In this document: piece after piece, positions 14,386 to 28,200 of the stretch
Layout: each line of letters opens with the position of its first letter
Numbering within the stretch: the first letter of the stretch is position 1
From: Azolla caroliniana
Taxonomy: Eukaryota > Plantae > Polypodiophyta
Length of the DNA stretch: 64,000 nucleotides
NCBI GenBank assembly: GCA_043228905.1
Contig: JBHGNT010000013.1
Location: 19,220,001-19,284,000 of the forward strand
Direction of reading: 5' to 3'
Notes under the pieces: generated by a model
Told to the model about the DNA's origin: nothing
The model's database searches: none
The model's input: only the letters and a program-made list of their open reading frames with translations
Program-made: the position numbers and the translations under genes

Positions 14386-15760
14386 AGTCTATATTCTATA
14401 TTAGGAATTAACCACTGCAAGTCTAACAACACAAAATTGACAATTATAGATGAGAATCTCCATTTTAGACTCAATTGAAGTCCAAATGATTTGTGGGAAG
14501 ATAGTCAGAATAGTTGGAAAGTGAAGCACAAATTAGGCACAAGTAGAGAGTTACAAAACCTTAAATTGAACCTATATGTGTTCTACACATTTTGATAGTA
14601 CCTTGGCACAAACATGTTAATTGTTGATCTATAAGTAATAAATGCAACAAGGACAAGAACACGATGTGGAATCAAGAATCTCCCAACTTTGGCAACAAAG
14701 TATCCATCAAATTGGCTATACAAGTGAAAATCAATGCAACATTGGCAACATTGTTATCAACATCTTCAAAATGAGATATTAAATCATCATCTCTCTAAAA
14801 CAATCTTTTGAATGAGATTTAGAACCACACATGGATCTTGAATTCTTGGACCATATTCCATGTTATATTATACCCAGAAATGGTTCAATGAGTATATGCC
14901 AGATAATGACTTTGTCCAACTTGCAAATGCAAAAGAATGTTGGATTATCAAAATTAGTAATATCTTGATTTACTTATCCAATAACAAACATGTTCTCTTG
15001 AACAAGTCTAGCATGTACCTAATCTAAAAAGAAGTATCATATCAATTGACATGTTGATTGATGAGAGATACACCTCTATCTTCATTGAATCGACTTGTGG
15101 AATCTCAAAGCGTAACCTCCAATTGAAAGCCTTTGATATGCATAACTTATTCATGAGTTGAAGTATTTTCGAACTTCCTCTGATGACACACTATAATGTG
15201 AAACTAGTCAACACACCGATTAAACATTCTTCACCTTGACAATGATGGATAACATATATCTCAAGATTTTTAGACTTATTTGCAAACCATGGGAATCCAT
15301 TGTCGATCGACAACTTTGTACACTCCTATGCAGAATGGAGTTGCAAAACACATGATTTAGACAATGCAAGAATAGACTATCACGATGCTCAAGCATGATG
15401 CATTAGAACCCATATTTTGGCAGAGACATCAATCACCACATAGCCTGTATTCAAAATATGGGTTTTGATACATCATACTGATTGTTTTCATCAATTTGTC
15501 TCCATCAAAGCCCATAAACTTCGAGAGTTTAGGGGAGCTATCTTTTGGAGACTCCATGCAAATCCAAACATACCTAGATACACAAAATGAAAACCCATAT
15601 ACTTGCCCAACCAACCTAGATATCCAACTCGACAATCTAGAAGAAGACAAACTACTTTTAGACCTCCTATTACTTTGTTAGCTCCACAAATGGAACACAT
15701 TTGAAATCCAACAAATTCATTCACATTTTAGCATCAACTTGTCGATTTGAACTATCCTTA
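14385..15760 (+). mobile_element. Decayed Copia protease/integrase remnant
   Basis: WILNS (degenerate WILDS protease motif) near 14832 and YTPMQNGVAK (integrase) near 15320. Confidence 0.65.
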
Positions 15761-16779
15761 TAATGTTCCTAGATAAAGCTGGTAAAGCTATTGTTGAGTT
15801 CCTCGACTGTTGGTTTAGGAAAATGATTAGTAATGTTAAGCTTTTGTGATTTGGGTGGCTCGTAAATGATCCTTGGTGATAATAGAAAATGGGGAAATTT
15901 TCAAAATTCCATCAAATGATGTGTAATATGAAGCATACCTTTACACATTTCAAATATATCATTCCTACATTCTTGTAAAAATATATATTTAGGCTTAAGC
16001 TAGGCAATGAGATCATTATACAACCATTTACATATTGATAATAGCATGATTTGAGTGTTGATGTTGTCCATCAAATTACTTTTAATACATCTAGTTTCAT
16101 CGAGAACCGTTTCCACCCCAATTAATCCTCAAATATAAGTATTGCTGATGACCCATTCCTTGCTTATAATGGCAATGCCTCATATTGACCATTGTCCATC
16201 AATAATGAATGTTCAAATGCACAAATATCAAATTTTAGGTCAAATTAAATGCCTCGAAGGTCACTCACACTATTATTTCTGCACGATATCCAAAGAGGAA
16301 GTACTCAGTGTGCTAATTCAATGCATGCATTGTGGCTTGCATTCACCAATTGTCTCAAATTTGAGTGAATGAGCATCCAACTTACCAAGCAAGTCAATTC
16401 AATGGGATTGATTGCCTATATTTAATTCCATAAAACTAGACCAATCTTCAAATTATGGTAAATCCTATCAATCTCCAAGACCATACATACTCTGTCGGTT
16501 TCCTCATAACAACTTTTCTTAATCACAACAAATTTCATACCACATTGAGCAAGGTTAGGTTAGTAGGAAATGATATAATTTTCGTAATGTTCACATTAGA
16601 AGTGAGTTTTTATTAGGAAGGTAGACAAGTCATGGATGTTGATTGATTTCGAGACTACATTGCGCATGGGGAAATATTCTGTCCCCACCCCCTTCTCCCA
16701 TTAGATTGTGTGCACATGTGTGATGGGGATTGTCGACAAGTCGTAGGTCACGACGGTGATTGATTTCACAACTAATTGC

Positions 16780-17010
16780 TCGAGGGGGGGGGGGGGGGCG
16801 GGCACACATACATAGAACGAGAGAGAGAGAGAGAGAGAGATACACACACATACAAAGACATAGCCGCCCTAGGAGAGAGACATGATCAAGTGTGTGGGTG
16901 ATAAAAGCATCTCGAGCATGTGAGAAAGACACCGTCCCCCCCCCTCCCCCCCCCCCGACCCGTGCCCCAAAACTCCCCAAAATAAAGAGAGCGAGAGTGT
17001 GTACGAGAGA

Positions 17011-17057
<47 letters not shown>

Positions 17058-17339
17058 AAGGAAAAGGTGGGCCTTCACACGATGCCGAAGCGATATATAT
17101 ACATATATGGATCGATTGTGTGCGCATGACTTTTACGGATGTCGGTCGACGGGAGGCCCAACAAGCAAGAGAGATGTCCTCTCTCTCTCTCTCTCTCTCT
17201 CTTTTCTTCTCTCCCCCTCTTCTCTCTTCTCTCTTTCTCTCTCTTTCTCTCATTTTCATTCTCAATGTGTGTGTAACGACACCAAGCAAACCCCATGAGA
17301 GAGAGAGGATTGGAGATATGTATGTATTTAGGTTCACAT

Positions 17340-17376
<37 letters not shown>

Positions 17377-17454
17377 GAGATATTGTATTTAGGTTCACAT
17401 GTAGACAGGGCAGGGCAGTTTCTACATAGGAAGGTGTGTGTGTGTGTCTGTGTG

Positions 17455-17501
<47 letters not shown>

Positions 17502-17721
17502 AGGGGAAGGGTCCCCTGTTTCCTAGACAGGGGAGGAGGAGGAAGAAGAAAGAAGACATCGGATTCTCTCCACATAATTAAAACCCCATTATATATACAG
17601 AAGAAGAAGCAGAAGAAGATCTCCTCCTTCCAAGAAGACAGACACACACAGACAGACAGAGAAGATTAGAGGAAGAGATAGAGAGAGAAAGACAGAGATA
17701 GGGATACGCATACACAGAGAG

Positions 17722-17761
<40 letters not shown>

Positions 17762-17938
17762 GGATATGTATGTCAGTGAGTGCAGAGAGAGAGAGAGAGA
17801 GAGAGAGTAGTAGGTACAGTACGCGCCGCAAGCCCTGTTGCCCCTTCACTTACCTCTGTCTCTCTGTCTCTCTCTCTTTGTCTCTGTATTTCTCTCTTTC
17901 TCTCTCTACACTCTCCCCCGCCCCCCCCACACACACTC

Positions 17939-17972
<34 letters not shown>

Positions 17973-18135
17973 TCGCTTTTCTTACTTGCTTGTAACGCCC
18001 CCCGCCCCTCCTTCCCACTTTCTTGTGTGGCTTTTTATTACTAGGGTTTGTTTCCTCCTCCACATCTCATCTCTGCTGCTACTTCTTCTTCTGCTCCTGC
18101 TCCTGCTACAATGCTTCTTCTTCTTCTTCTTCTTT
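16780..18135. repeat. (GA)n/(CT)n/(CA)n microsatellite-rich promoter and 5' leader of the kinase gene
   Basis: Many long GA and CT dinucleotide runs, plus G and C homopolymers, directly upstream of ATG 18244. Confidence 0.85.
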
Positions 18136-18243
18136 TGCTATAGCATAGCATAGCATACATATATATACAAATACATATAATTTGCCTCTCACCCACCACA
18201 ACACAGGCGGAAGATCTTGTTTTTTGTACCTCACATCTTCACC

Positions 18244-20739
18244 ATGGCTTCTGTTATGGAGCAGGGCATGAAGGCCAGCCATGACGATGACTTATTCATC
18301 ATCGTCGACAGCAAGGCCAACAACAACGGCATCAAGAAGCAGAAGAAGCAGCAGCAGAATAGCGGGGCAGAGGAGGAGGATGCTCCCACCACCACCACCA
18401 CCACCACATCTTCTTCCTCCCTGTCTCTCCCCAAAGGCAGTGAAAGCAGTAAATGCAGCCTCAGTAGTTCAAGCTCAGAACTCAGTGACCAAAGCAATGA
18501 GAGCAGCAGTATCTATACCAGCTTCATCTCTGCATTGAGCAAACCTCACAAGGCTAACGACTCACGGTGGGAGGTCATCCAGGCTGCCCACTCCAAAGAA
18601 GGAGCACTCGGCTTGAACCACTTCAGGTTGCTCAAAAGGCTAGGTTGTGGTGACATTGGGAGTGTCTATCTTGCTGAGATTAGGGGTCATAGTGGCAAGT
18701 ACTTTGCCATGAAGGTTATGGATAAAGCCTCGCTCGATGGTCGCAAGAAGATCCTTCGTGCGCAGACCGAGCGAGAAATCTTGCAATGCCTTGATCATCC
18801 TTTCCTGCCCTCTCTTTATACGCATTTCGAGACTGATAAATTCTCTTGTTTGGTCATGGAATTCTGTCCTGGTGGAGATCTTCACATGCTCAGACAGAAG
18901 CAACCAGGTCGACACTTTGCCGAAATGGCTGCAAAGTAAGCCCGATTTCTTTTCATCTCTCTTTTAATTCTAAGCGCACCCAAAGTCTATCTATTGATAT
19001 TAACTAATGTCTTGAGTGGAAAAATAGACCATATATATTTCTTATGGTTAGACATATGCCAGAGGGAGAGGTATATCTATTTTCTTTGGAGACTATTGTA
19101 CACCATAGTGATTAATATAATTAATTACCCATTATTTAAAGAGAGGACATATGAACATGTAATGCCTGCATTTATAAGTGACATAGATATAGAGGATGTC
19201 TACATCTAATGGCTACATGCATAGACCAGAGGAGCTTTATAGTATATACATCCATTCGAATAGATGAATGACAAAGAAAACAAGATTGGTTATGTTGACA
19301 CGTCCCAAATTGATCCCTTTAGGTGAGCTCTTACTCTACTTGGGCTTACGTAGGTTGTGAGGTTTGTGATCATGTGGGTGAACTAAGTTAAAGTTGGATT
19401 GCCTTACACTGTTCTAATGGCTTTAGGGGGGAGTGCCCTGTTCTGCCACTCTGAAGTTTCATGAGATAGAACCACAAACGCTTTTGGTCCTCACGATTAC
19501 ATGATACAATGTAATGACCGAAACCTATCTCGAAATAGACAATAGTATCTGTCTCACATATTTTATATAATATTTGGCTCTTGAGATCATTCATGTATAG
19601 GAGAGAGAGCGATTGTATTGCACTTGGGGGGATCAAACATACATGCATAATCTGATATGGTTGAGATGCTTGTCGACTGTGATGTTGTGAATTCAATGTA
19701 CCAATGTGTCCATGTAGTGTAGGAGAAATGATATAGAGAAATAGACAAAGAGATAAAGAGGACTGAAGATGGTAAGGTAATAGAGAAATAGACAACGAGG
19801 ACAATTTCTGATGTGTTCTGGTCTTTATATGGCAGGTTCTATGCAGCCGAAGTTCTGCTTGCCATTGAGTACCTCCACATGATGGGTGTAATCTACAGAG
19901 ACTTGAAGCCAGAAAACATATTGGTTCGAGAGGATGGGCATATAATGCTATCTGATTTTGACCTCTCACTCCGATGTGTTGTGAGCCCAACACTCATTAA
20001 ATTCTCATCTATGGCCATCGATCCGACCCGAAAGGCATCATCAGGTGGTTACTGCGCTCAACCCACATGTCTTGAACCGGCATGTGTTGTTCCTGCTTGT
20101 ATTCAACCTACTTGTTATATGCCCAAGTTCATGCCATCATTAAGGTTGAAAAAGACTAAGAGTAAGAAGAAAACCAGTGATTTCGCAAACCAAGTGACAC
20201 CGTTACCCGAGCTTATAGCCGAGCCAACAGGTGCAAGGTCGGTTTCATTTGTAGGAACACATGAATATCTAGCTCCCGAGATCATCAAAGGAGAAGGCCA
20301 TGGAAGTGCTGTGGATTGGTGGACTTTTGGTGTTTTTCTCTATGAGTTGCTACATGGAAAAACCCCTTTCAAAGGGGCAGGTAACAGGGCAACGCTCTTC
20401 AATGTGATTGGACAACCGTTGAAGTTTCCGGAAGCTCCGGCAGTTAGTTTTGAAGCTCGAGATTTGATACGAGGTTTACTTGTAAAGGACCCTCAACATA
20501 GGTTAGGTTACAAAAGAGGGGCCACAGAGATTAAACAGCATCCTTTCTTTCATGGAGTAAATTGGGCACTTGTTAGGAGCATGCCGCCTCCACAAGTGCC
20601 CAAGCCGTTTAAGCTTGAAACCACTCCGATTAAAGTTTCTAGTACTACTACCACCACTACCACTAGCAATACACTCCCCGCACCGCTATCGGAGGGTGAA
20701 CCTCGCTCATCAGCTTATCTCGACTTTGAATTCTTTTAG
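18244..20739 (+). CDS. D6PK: AGCVIII Ser/Thr kinase, D6PK-like; exons 18244-18935 and 19836-20739, ~531 aa
   Basis: [29 protein letters not shown] in place of DFG, insertion with CxxP repeats and a basic K-rich patch, [13 protein letters not shown]-terminal FEFF. The GTAAG...GCAG phase-2 intron restores AAKFYAAEV. Confidence 0.93.
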
Positions 20740-21959
20740 GTTTTAGCCTGACAACCAAGACCTTTAAGTGGTCATTTCGAGACTATATAATATCCGTTTT
20801 TTCTTCTATCCCTGGATTTTGTTCGGAGATTAATTCAGTTTCGAACAATGTAGAATGCTATGCATATTGCTTGGCAACAAGGAGGGGCAATCAGAATTGA
20901 GTTTGGGTTATTATATAGTCTTGAGGTCAGCCATCATCATTATCAACTTATTTAGGTTTGCTTAGATGCAGTGAGGCTCAAGATGAAGGATTGACATGAG
21001 CATCATTAGCTTTTGCAGTAAAACTGCTATATGTTGGACTTAACAATATGCTTGTAAATGTTTCCCACCATTTTGATAAGCCTTAGGCTAGTTTATCATC
21101 TCTTGTAATTGGGTCCGCTGAAATTCTGTTAATGCTAGGTAATGTTTTTGGTTCCAAAATATTCTTGAGATATGAGAGCTCAGTGAGGATTGAGAGGGAA
21201 AGATAAATTAATGTAATGGTTGATTGTATTATTATTCCCGGCTGTCAAATATGGTCAATGGTTCCAAAAATGAATCATTCTCATTTTATATGTGTGGAAT
21301 GTAAGAAAGAGCTAAGTTTACGCAGGGGCGATGAGAATGTAATGTGATCAACCAAATGCCCCATGGTGGCATCTAGTAAAGCATTGTTTAATGTGAGATT
21401 CAAGCCTAGTTTTGTGCATTATGGTAAAACCTTGACTCTGAACTAGGATGTCCCAAGAGAGAGATTGAGTTGTGTTGAGATTCTGATGGAGTAATTGCAT
21501 ATTGTATTACAACTTCATTGAGACAAGCACTTTTGTCGCTTTTCATGGGTGTTGAAATGTTTCGAAATAATTGTCTTATGTGCTTTGTTGTTAATGTTAA
21601 GTTGCTTTGTGTGGTAATGTTGATAGTTCTCCTCACATGTGACGGCAGCCACCAATCTCCATTGATTTTGAATGACCCTATGTGGCGGAAAAGAAATTGC
21701 GAGCTTTGTTAGCCCCGCCCTTTTTTGTTACTAGAACATGCATGTAAAGTTGTCTAGAGATTGCGAATGTAAACACTTCACATGGCACGAATGGGAACAT
21801 TTCACGTGGGCTTGTTCAATGGGGGTGGCAAAAAGGTGCTACATACGAAAAAGGTTCTCTCGAGAAAATTGAACGTTATTAATTAAACAATACGAGACAC
21901 ATGTGAAAAGGCTTTGGAAGAAATGTATATATATATAATAGGCATTTGATTCATAAAAG

Positions 21960-22900
21960 AAATTTATGAATCAATTTGGCATGTCTTCATTTGATTGTAC
22001 ATCATATCTCAGTTGTGTTCTCACCAAATATTATTTTTCCTCTAGTGTACTCTTCAAACATCGCACGTTGCGAACGATTGCCTAAACTTATTCGTCTCTT
22101 TCTTCACCTAGACTTTGTGCATGAGCTATGATATGACCATTTAAGAAAATGTCTTAATGCTTGAATTTTAACCTAGCAACCAATCATGGTTCTTCTTTCC
22201 TCCCTTGGACAAGCCATTTTTCTAGTCAGATGTCAGGAGGTGGTTTGAGAATTTGACATACTTATTGTGAGAACCCAATATGTGTCAAACTGATTGGGTC
22301 CAAGAGGCAAACAACTACATATTCTAATGAATTCCAATCTCTTCAACAATACTTAGACCCAACTTTTCAACATGCCAAAAGCTATTTTCAACATGCTTGA
22401 CAATGCACAACGAATGTCAAGAATTGAGTTGCAACCTACACTTTCATAGATTGTGTATTGTTAAACCATTTCAACTTCATTGGGATGGCAGCTTTCTAAC
22501 TTGGTTTTCCATTGATGTTTTGAAAATTTTATCAATTGTTGAAAGTTGTCAGTGATCCAATTCTTATATCTTTTAGAAAACTCTTTTTAACATGCAACTA
22601 ATGATAGTGACAAAATAAAGACTATTCTGTAAAGTTTAATTGCTCATATGACTTCAACCATCTTTTCAAGTCTCCTGCATGTTTTTACACCTAAGACAAT
22701 TTATAGTCCTCGTCATAAAATATAATCTTTCCCCTTTACGTTTTTTTTCTCCCAAAACATCTCCTTCACATTCTTCTTGATCAATCAATGCACATGAATC
22801 GTTCCCCAAATGATTGCATGCCATTTGCCATTTGTAACCACTCTCACGTGTCCAAATCTATTGTGTAAATCTTCTTTTTTCTTATGAATAATTTGTCAAA
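21960..22900 (-). mobile_element. Highly decayed Copia integrase-region remnant
   Basis: Degenerate IRCALS...FW-like integrase segment near 22375-22420; no long ORF. Confidence 0.4.
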
Positions 22901-25243
22901 ATCTTTATCATAGTACTTCGGTCAAAAGCACTTTGCAACAATAATCAAAATTCGAATATGTATCTTTGACATATAAAATGATGTGAGCATTTTCCATGTC
23001 ATGTGTTTTTTCATGTGTGCTCTCTTCATCATTGTTATGCATGGAACCCAAAAGTAGGTGATGATGATAGTATGCAATGCGTTCAACATCGAGAAAAGTC
23101 ATTATATGTTTTTCATGAACAATTAAGTATGGAATGCACTTATTGCAAACGTATTACTAAAGAATGGCAAATGGGAAGTTTGAATAATTGATTTGAGATG
23201 TACTCCAATCTAGTAATATTTGCATGTGCCACTTGAGCTTTTTATTCAACATATTAAGCTCTCCAAGCACATTGGTATGAAATAGTTCCAATAGCATTGA
23301 AAGTCATGAATCCATTCGCATCAAGTACCTTTCTCATGAAAGATTTAATGTGAAATGCATCTATTGCAAAGGAATTACTAAGAAATTAAAAATGGAAAGT
23401 TTCGACAAAGATGTTTTCCATTGCTAGTAATATTTTAGACATCTCTTAAAATTTACTACTCATATTAACAATAGAACTAAATGAATGTTACGCATTATAA
23501 TGAACCAATATTGATGCAATATATTTTAACCAGTTACATTACAAATAATTAAAAAATCCAAATTAAAATGTTAAATAGAAATTTAATTTAGTGGTGCACC
23601 CGTATGTACCATTAAGGACTTGCCGGTCATGAAAAATAAAATAATTGTTGCATGTGCTATTTATTGTCTAATTGATGAGAATCATTCTTATTAATCACTA
23701 CTTGCCATGAACCTACATTGTAGATTATAATCATTATGTAATTATTGCAAATACCATATCTATTATGGGATACGCTATGTTTTGTTTTCAACATGCACTT
23801 CTCAAAGTTTTTTGTCTATGGATAAAGAAAATATTTTCCAGCTATTCAATCTTCTGACTCGTTCAAAACATTTGTACATGTCATGTGACATTTGCAAAGA
23901 TCTTGGATAGCGACATGACTATCAATCTTACCATTACCCACAATTGACTCCATCATGGCTACCTATCACTTATCCATATATTATTTTCAGGAAATCACGA
24001 TGATTGTCTTTGCTTGGTAACTATACTTTTCTTAATAGCCCCAAAATATCCTTTTTTTGTTTTCTTTTTACACTTTTAATTTATTAGTACATAGGGTTTA
24101 GGGATCTCTTGTGCATGTGTTACCCATCGATTTGGTTTAAGTAGTTTGGTCAATATGCTTCATCCTATTGGGTGTCTTATGTAGATTAATCATTACATAG
24201 CTTGGGTGACATTCAACACTTCACACCCCATTTTGTGTGATGTATAAATTAATGGGACAGAGCACATAAAATAACCAATGGGACGAGTCGATTACCTCTA
24301 ACCAGCAATGAGAACAGTACATATTGTGCACAATAGACAGCCATGCAATGCACGAGGACCATGTCATCCATATTGTTGTGCAATTGTTGATAATTTATTT
24401 ACCATTCTAGATTTTCACAATATATTTTAGATTAAACAATTGTTGCACTTGGTAGAATACGATCATCCTTCTTGAAGGGTGAGCTCACATTATTAACAAG
24501 TTAACAAGCTCACAATCATTCCTTGTGGGGCCATAAATACCTTTGTCCTTGTCCAATCAAACCACTTCATGATGCAATAATCACATTCCCAGTCTTTTGC
24601 AATTGCGCGGTGTAAATCCCATCAAGCATTAGCATAATTTTCACATTTTTCTATCTGACCTACACTATCTTCAACTCAGATTTTACTCGTACAATATTTT
24701 ATAGGAATTGTTTTATATGATTCATCATTTACCAACATGGACAGATTATACTAGTGTATATATGAAGTAATGCATGCATACAACATACTTTCAAAATTCA
24801 TATTTACTGTACTGGAGAAAGGAGAATTGACTTACAAGGATTTCTACGTCTGGCAGCACCAAATTAAACATCCCACATTTAGACTAATAGAAAAGAACAT
24901 CAATAACTCTTCTTCCAAACATTTACCTCTGTGGTATGTCCTCAGGTAAATGGACTTCCCTCAATGTTCCCCTTGTCTAATAATACCAATTTCTTATGCT
25001 GAGAACTTTCAGTTATTCATTCCTATCACAAACTACATCTTCTAAATAAAAGGAATTATGAAGATACCTACATCAAATTCATTGCTGAGAATATCAATGT
25101 AGCTGTTTATTAACATTCCTTGTGCAAAAGCCATCTACAGGAACATTAGTGTAACAATTAAACATTCTGGAGCACAAGCAAGTGTCCAAGAACGAATAAT
25201 GAGGGTTTCATTTTCTCCCATGATCAATCAATGGGGATCAATT

Positions 25244-28200
25244 TCATTTTGCCATTGGATGGGCAGCTATATATTCAATTGCTGATGCACAAGAATCGAT
25301 TTTATCTGCTTCCAAATCAGGAATCTCCAGAGCAAATTCCTCTTCAAGTGCCATTACTATCTCAACATTGTCCAGGCTGTCCAAGGCAAGATCTTTCTGG
25401 AAATGTGATGCAGGAGACACCTGGATGCACAATTAACATGAAGTATAATAAATTAGTACTGGCAAAAAGGTCTGCTACAAAAAACACGTGTAACTTGTTA
25501 CACTTAATGTGTATCATATGAAAGCTTTGGTGTCAACATAGTTAGAATAGTGTGAACCTTGTTAAGTAATTGTTAGGTGTGAGCATAGTCAGAATAGTGT
25601 GAACCATAGTATGAACCATTCGTGCATTCGCATTCGTTAATCCAATATTATATTGCTTTAGTACATTTTAGTGAACATAACCACACCAAGTATTGCAATA
25701 TATCATCCATATTTCTTACTATAAATTTTTTGCAATGCTGAGCAGACTAATATTTTTGGCATGTTTAATGCTAATGACAAGTTGGATGAGGTATGTATTG
25801 GTTGCAAAGCAGCTATGGGACATTGTCTTCCAGATACATATCAAAACTTCGCCACAACATAGATACATTCTCGACAAAGATCAAAGACCTCAAGGAACAA
25901 TTACTCAACATTGATGAAGTGATTTCAGACAAGAAGTTAGTTTCTAAAGTTTTTGTTGCTATTCCGGATTCACATCAAGGCTGCGCCATGACAATAAGGG
26001 TTCTTACAAGCTGTAAAGAGAGCTTCAATTTTGATGAGCTAATAACCCTTCTTTTACAAGAATCTAAATCTTGAGCAAATTAGGATGTTCTTAATAGTGG
26101 TGATGAAGCTTTTGTTAGCTCATAAAAGTTCAAAGGCCAACAAGGACGAAAACAACATCACCTTCCTTCTAAAGGCAATGATGCCTCAACTTCCCATGAC
26201 GAGAAAAAGAAGAAAGGGTGCAATTACTGTGGTGCTCTTTCATTTGGTTGTTATGGTTCTAAGATTAATGTTATTGCTTTTCACCCTACTGTGGGCAAAA
26301 CAATTTAAAAAAGTAATATTAATTTGATTCTGTAGGCCTATGTTGAGCCAGCTTTCTAGTCAATTTTCACTTCTATTGAAAAACTTACGGATCTAATTTC
26401 ATGTGTCATTCTAGTTTCTGTAGAGAACATCTACATCTAAGTTCTGTCCAGCCACAATTATTTAATGTCAAAATTTACAAGTTTTTCTGTTTTCTTTGTT
26501 GCCTACATGATCAGAAACGTTAGAACCCTGTTTCTTCTGTTTCAGAACCAGCAGATTCTGAAATAGCTGGCAACTATTCTCATCCTCCATGGCGCAAGCT
26601 AGAATAGTTTCTCAAGTCTAATATCGGAATATCCCTCTCTAGGCCAGGATCTCCCCTAGATGAATGGGACTAATCAGAACTGTTGGGCAGCAGTCCTGAC
26701 TTGGACTTGGGTTTGCTTTCCACCAAATTCAGCTCTTAGATCTTGGTTTACTTGTTTGTCACCGCCATACACCCAAATTCCTGCCTAATTTTGAACTCGT
26801 CTTCAAACTTCATCACTTAATCCTTTCTACGTCGCATGGTTAATCTCCCTTGGATCAGTTCATCATCATATTCTGCTGTGCTTGTTTTTTGATCTGCTTC
26901 TGGGCTGAATTCAAACTTCACCAAACAGCTTCCATCTGAGTCTTGTGATTAATCTCCCTTTCAGCGGTATGTCACCAGATTCTGTTGCAGTTGAATTGCA
27001 CTCTGCTTCTGAGCTAGTCTTTGATATCATCACCGCATTGCCATCTAAGTCTTCTTTATCTCATTCCCTCTATTGGACTCATTTATTTGATCTTAAATTT
27101 TTTTGTTGCATGGTCAAATTCTGGCCCACAGTTGTTTAAATTTCACAACTGGTTACTATCCACAACTGGTTCTGCATTAGGGCCCTCATCTGTCCGCACT
27201 CATCATAATACCCAGTAGTTCTGAGACATTATACTTGACATGCAAACTACTTATCCAGGCAGCAGCTGACAGTAGAGTCTCAGTTAAGATCTGTGTCAGC
27301 TCTCTGACAAGGTCAGTGGGGATCCTCTCCAACAGGTAGTTTGTAAAACTTTCATGTACATTATCCACTGGTACACCAAGGAGTTTAGATGTCACAGAAG
27401 GTTTAAGTATACAATTCACTAGTGTGATGGGAGCTAGAATAGAGTTCATGTGCTAACAACATTCCTGTGAGAAAAAACAAGTAAAGACACTACTTAATGT
27501 ATATTTTGTCTAGACTACTCAAAAGCAAAGTACATAAGACAACATAAAATACCATCAATGTCCCAAACAACCGTATATTACCTTATGTTATCCCTTGGTT
27601 GTTTAAATAAGAATCCAAAGAAGAGAGGTTAGCATCCCCAATTGCGTCTCGACAACGTCTCAAGATACTGTAATGAAGAGGGTAGCTAGTCCCCTTTATA
27701 TAACTCAACACCTAAGGTTTGCAGACCATCATCTGTTCCCAGTGTCATAGGTTCAGATGGGTTTGTCCCAGTTCCTAGGATAGCCGATCTCCTAACTATC
27801 CCTACCCATAATCCATTAAAATTAGTTATAGAATTGGTCCGTAAGGTTATGCCTATAACATCTGCTCTGAAGAAGATGATGATTTATGATCTTTGGCTGG
27901 GGATCAAAATGGCCCATGGGAGCTCCAAGCACTTACAATGTACATTCGCTAGACCTAACTGGAGGAAAACTAAAAACTGAGTTTTTATGTGTAACAAATA
28001 AAAAGATACTATTGACTTCTAAATATGCGTCAGATTTTATAAGCATAAGAATGAGCTCCACTAGAAACTCTATCAACCATGCAAAAAAAATGCCTAAAGC
28101 CATGGGTGAAGGACCTGTCATCTGTATTAGTTCCTGAAATCTGCCCCAGTCACGTAATAACTCATGAAAAGCCTCTCTATTTCAGAATATGCTCATCATC

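Noticed and set aside
16630-18153. Many ORFs rich in ER/SL dipeptides
   Set aside because: Translations of GA/CT microsatellites.
19388-19993. 201-aa antisense ORF over the kinase intron and exon 2
   Set aside because: No recognisable motifs; a shadow frame.
22900-24400. Possible hAT/BED-finger transposase remnant (duplicated CxYC-like segments)
   Set aside because: Too degenerate to support without a profile search.
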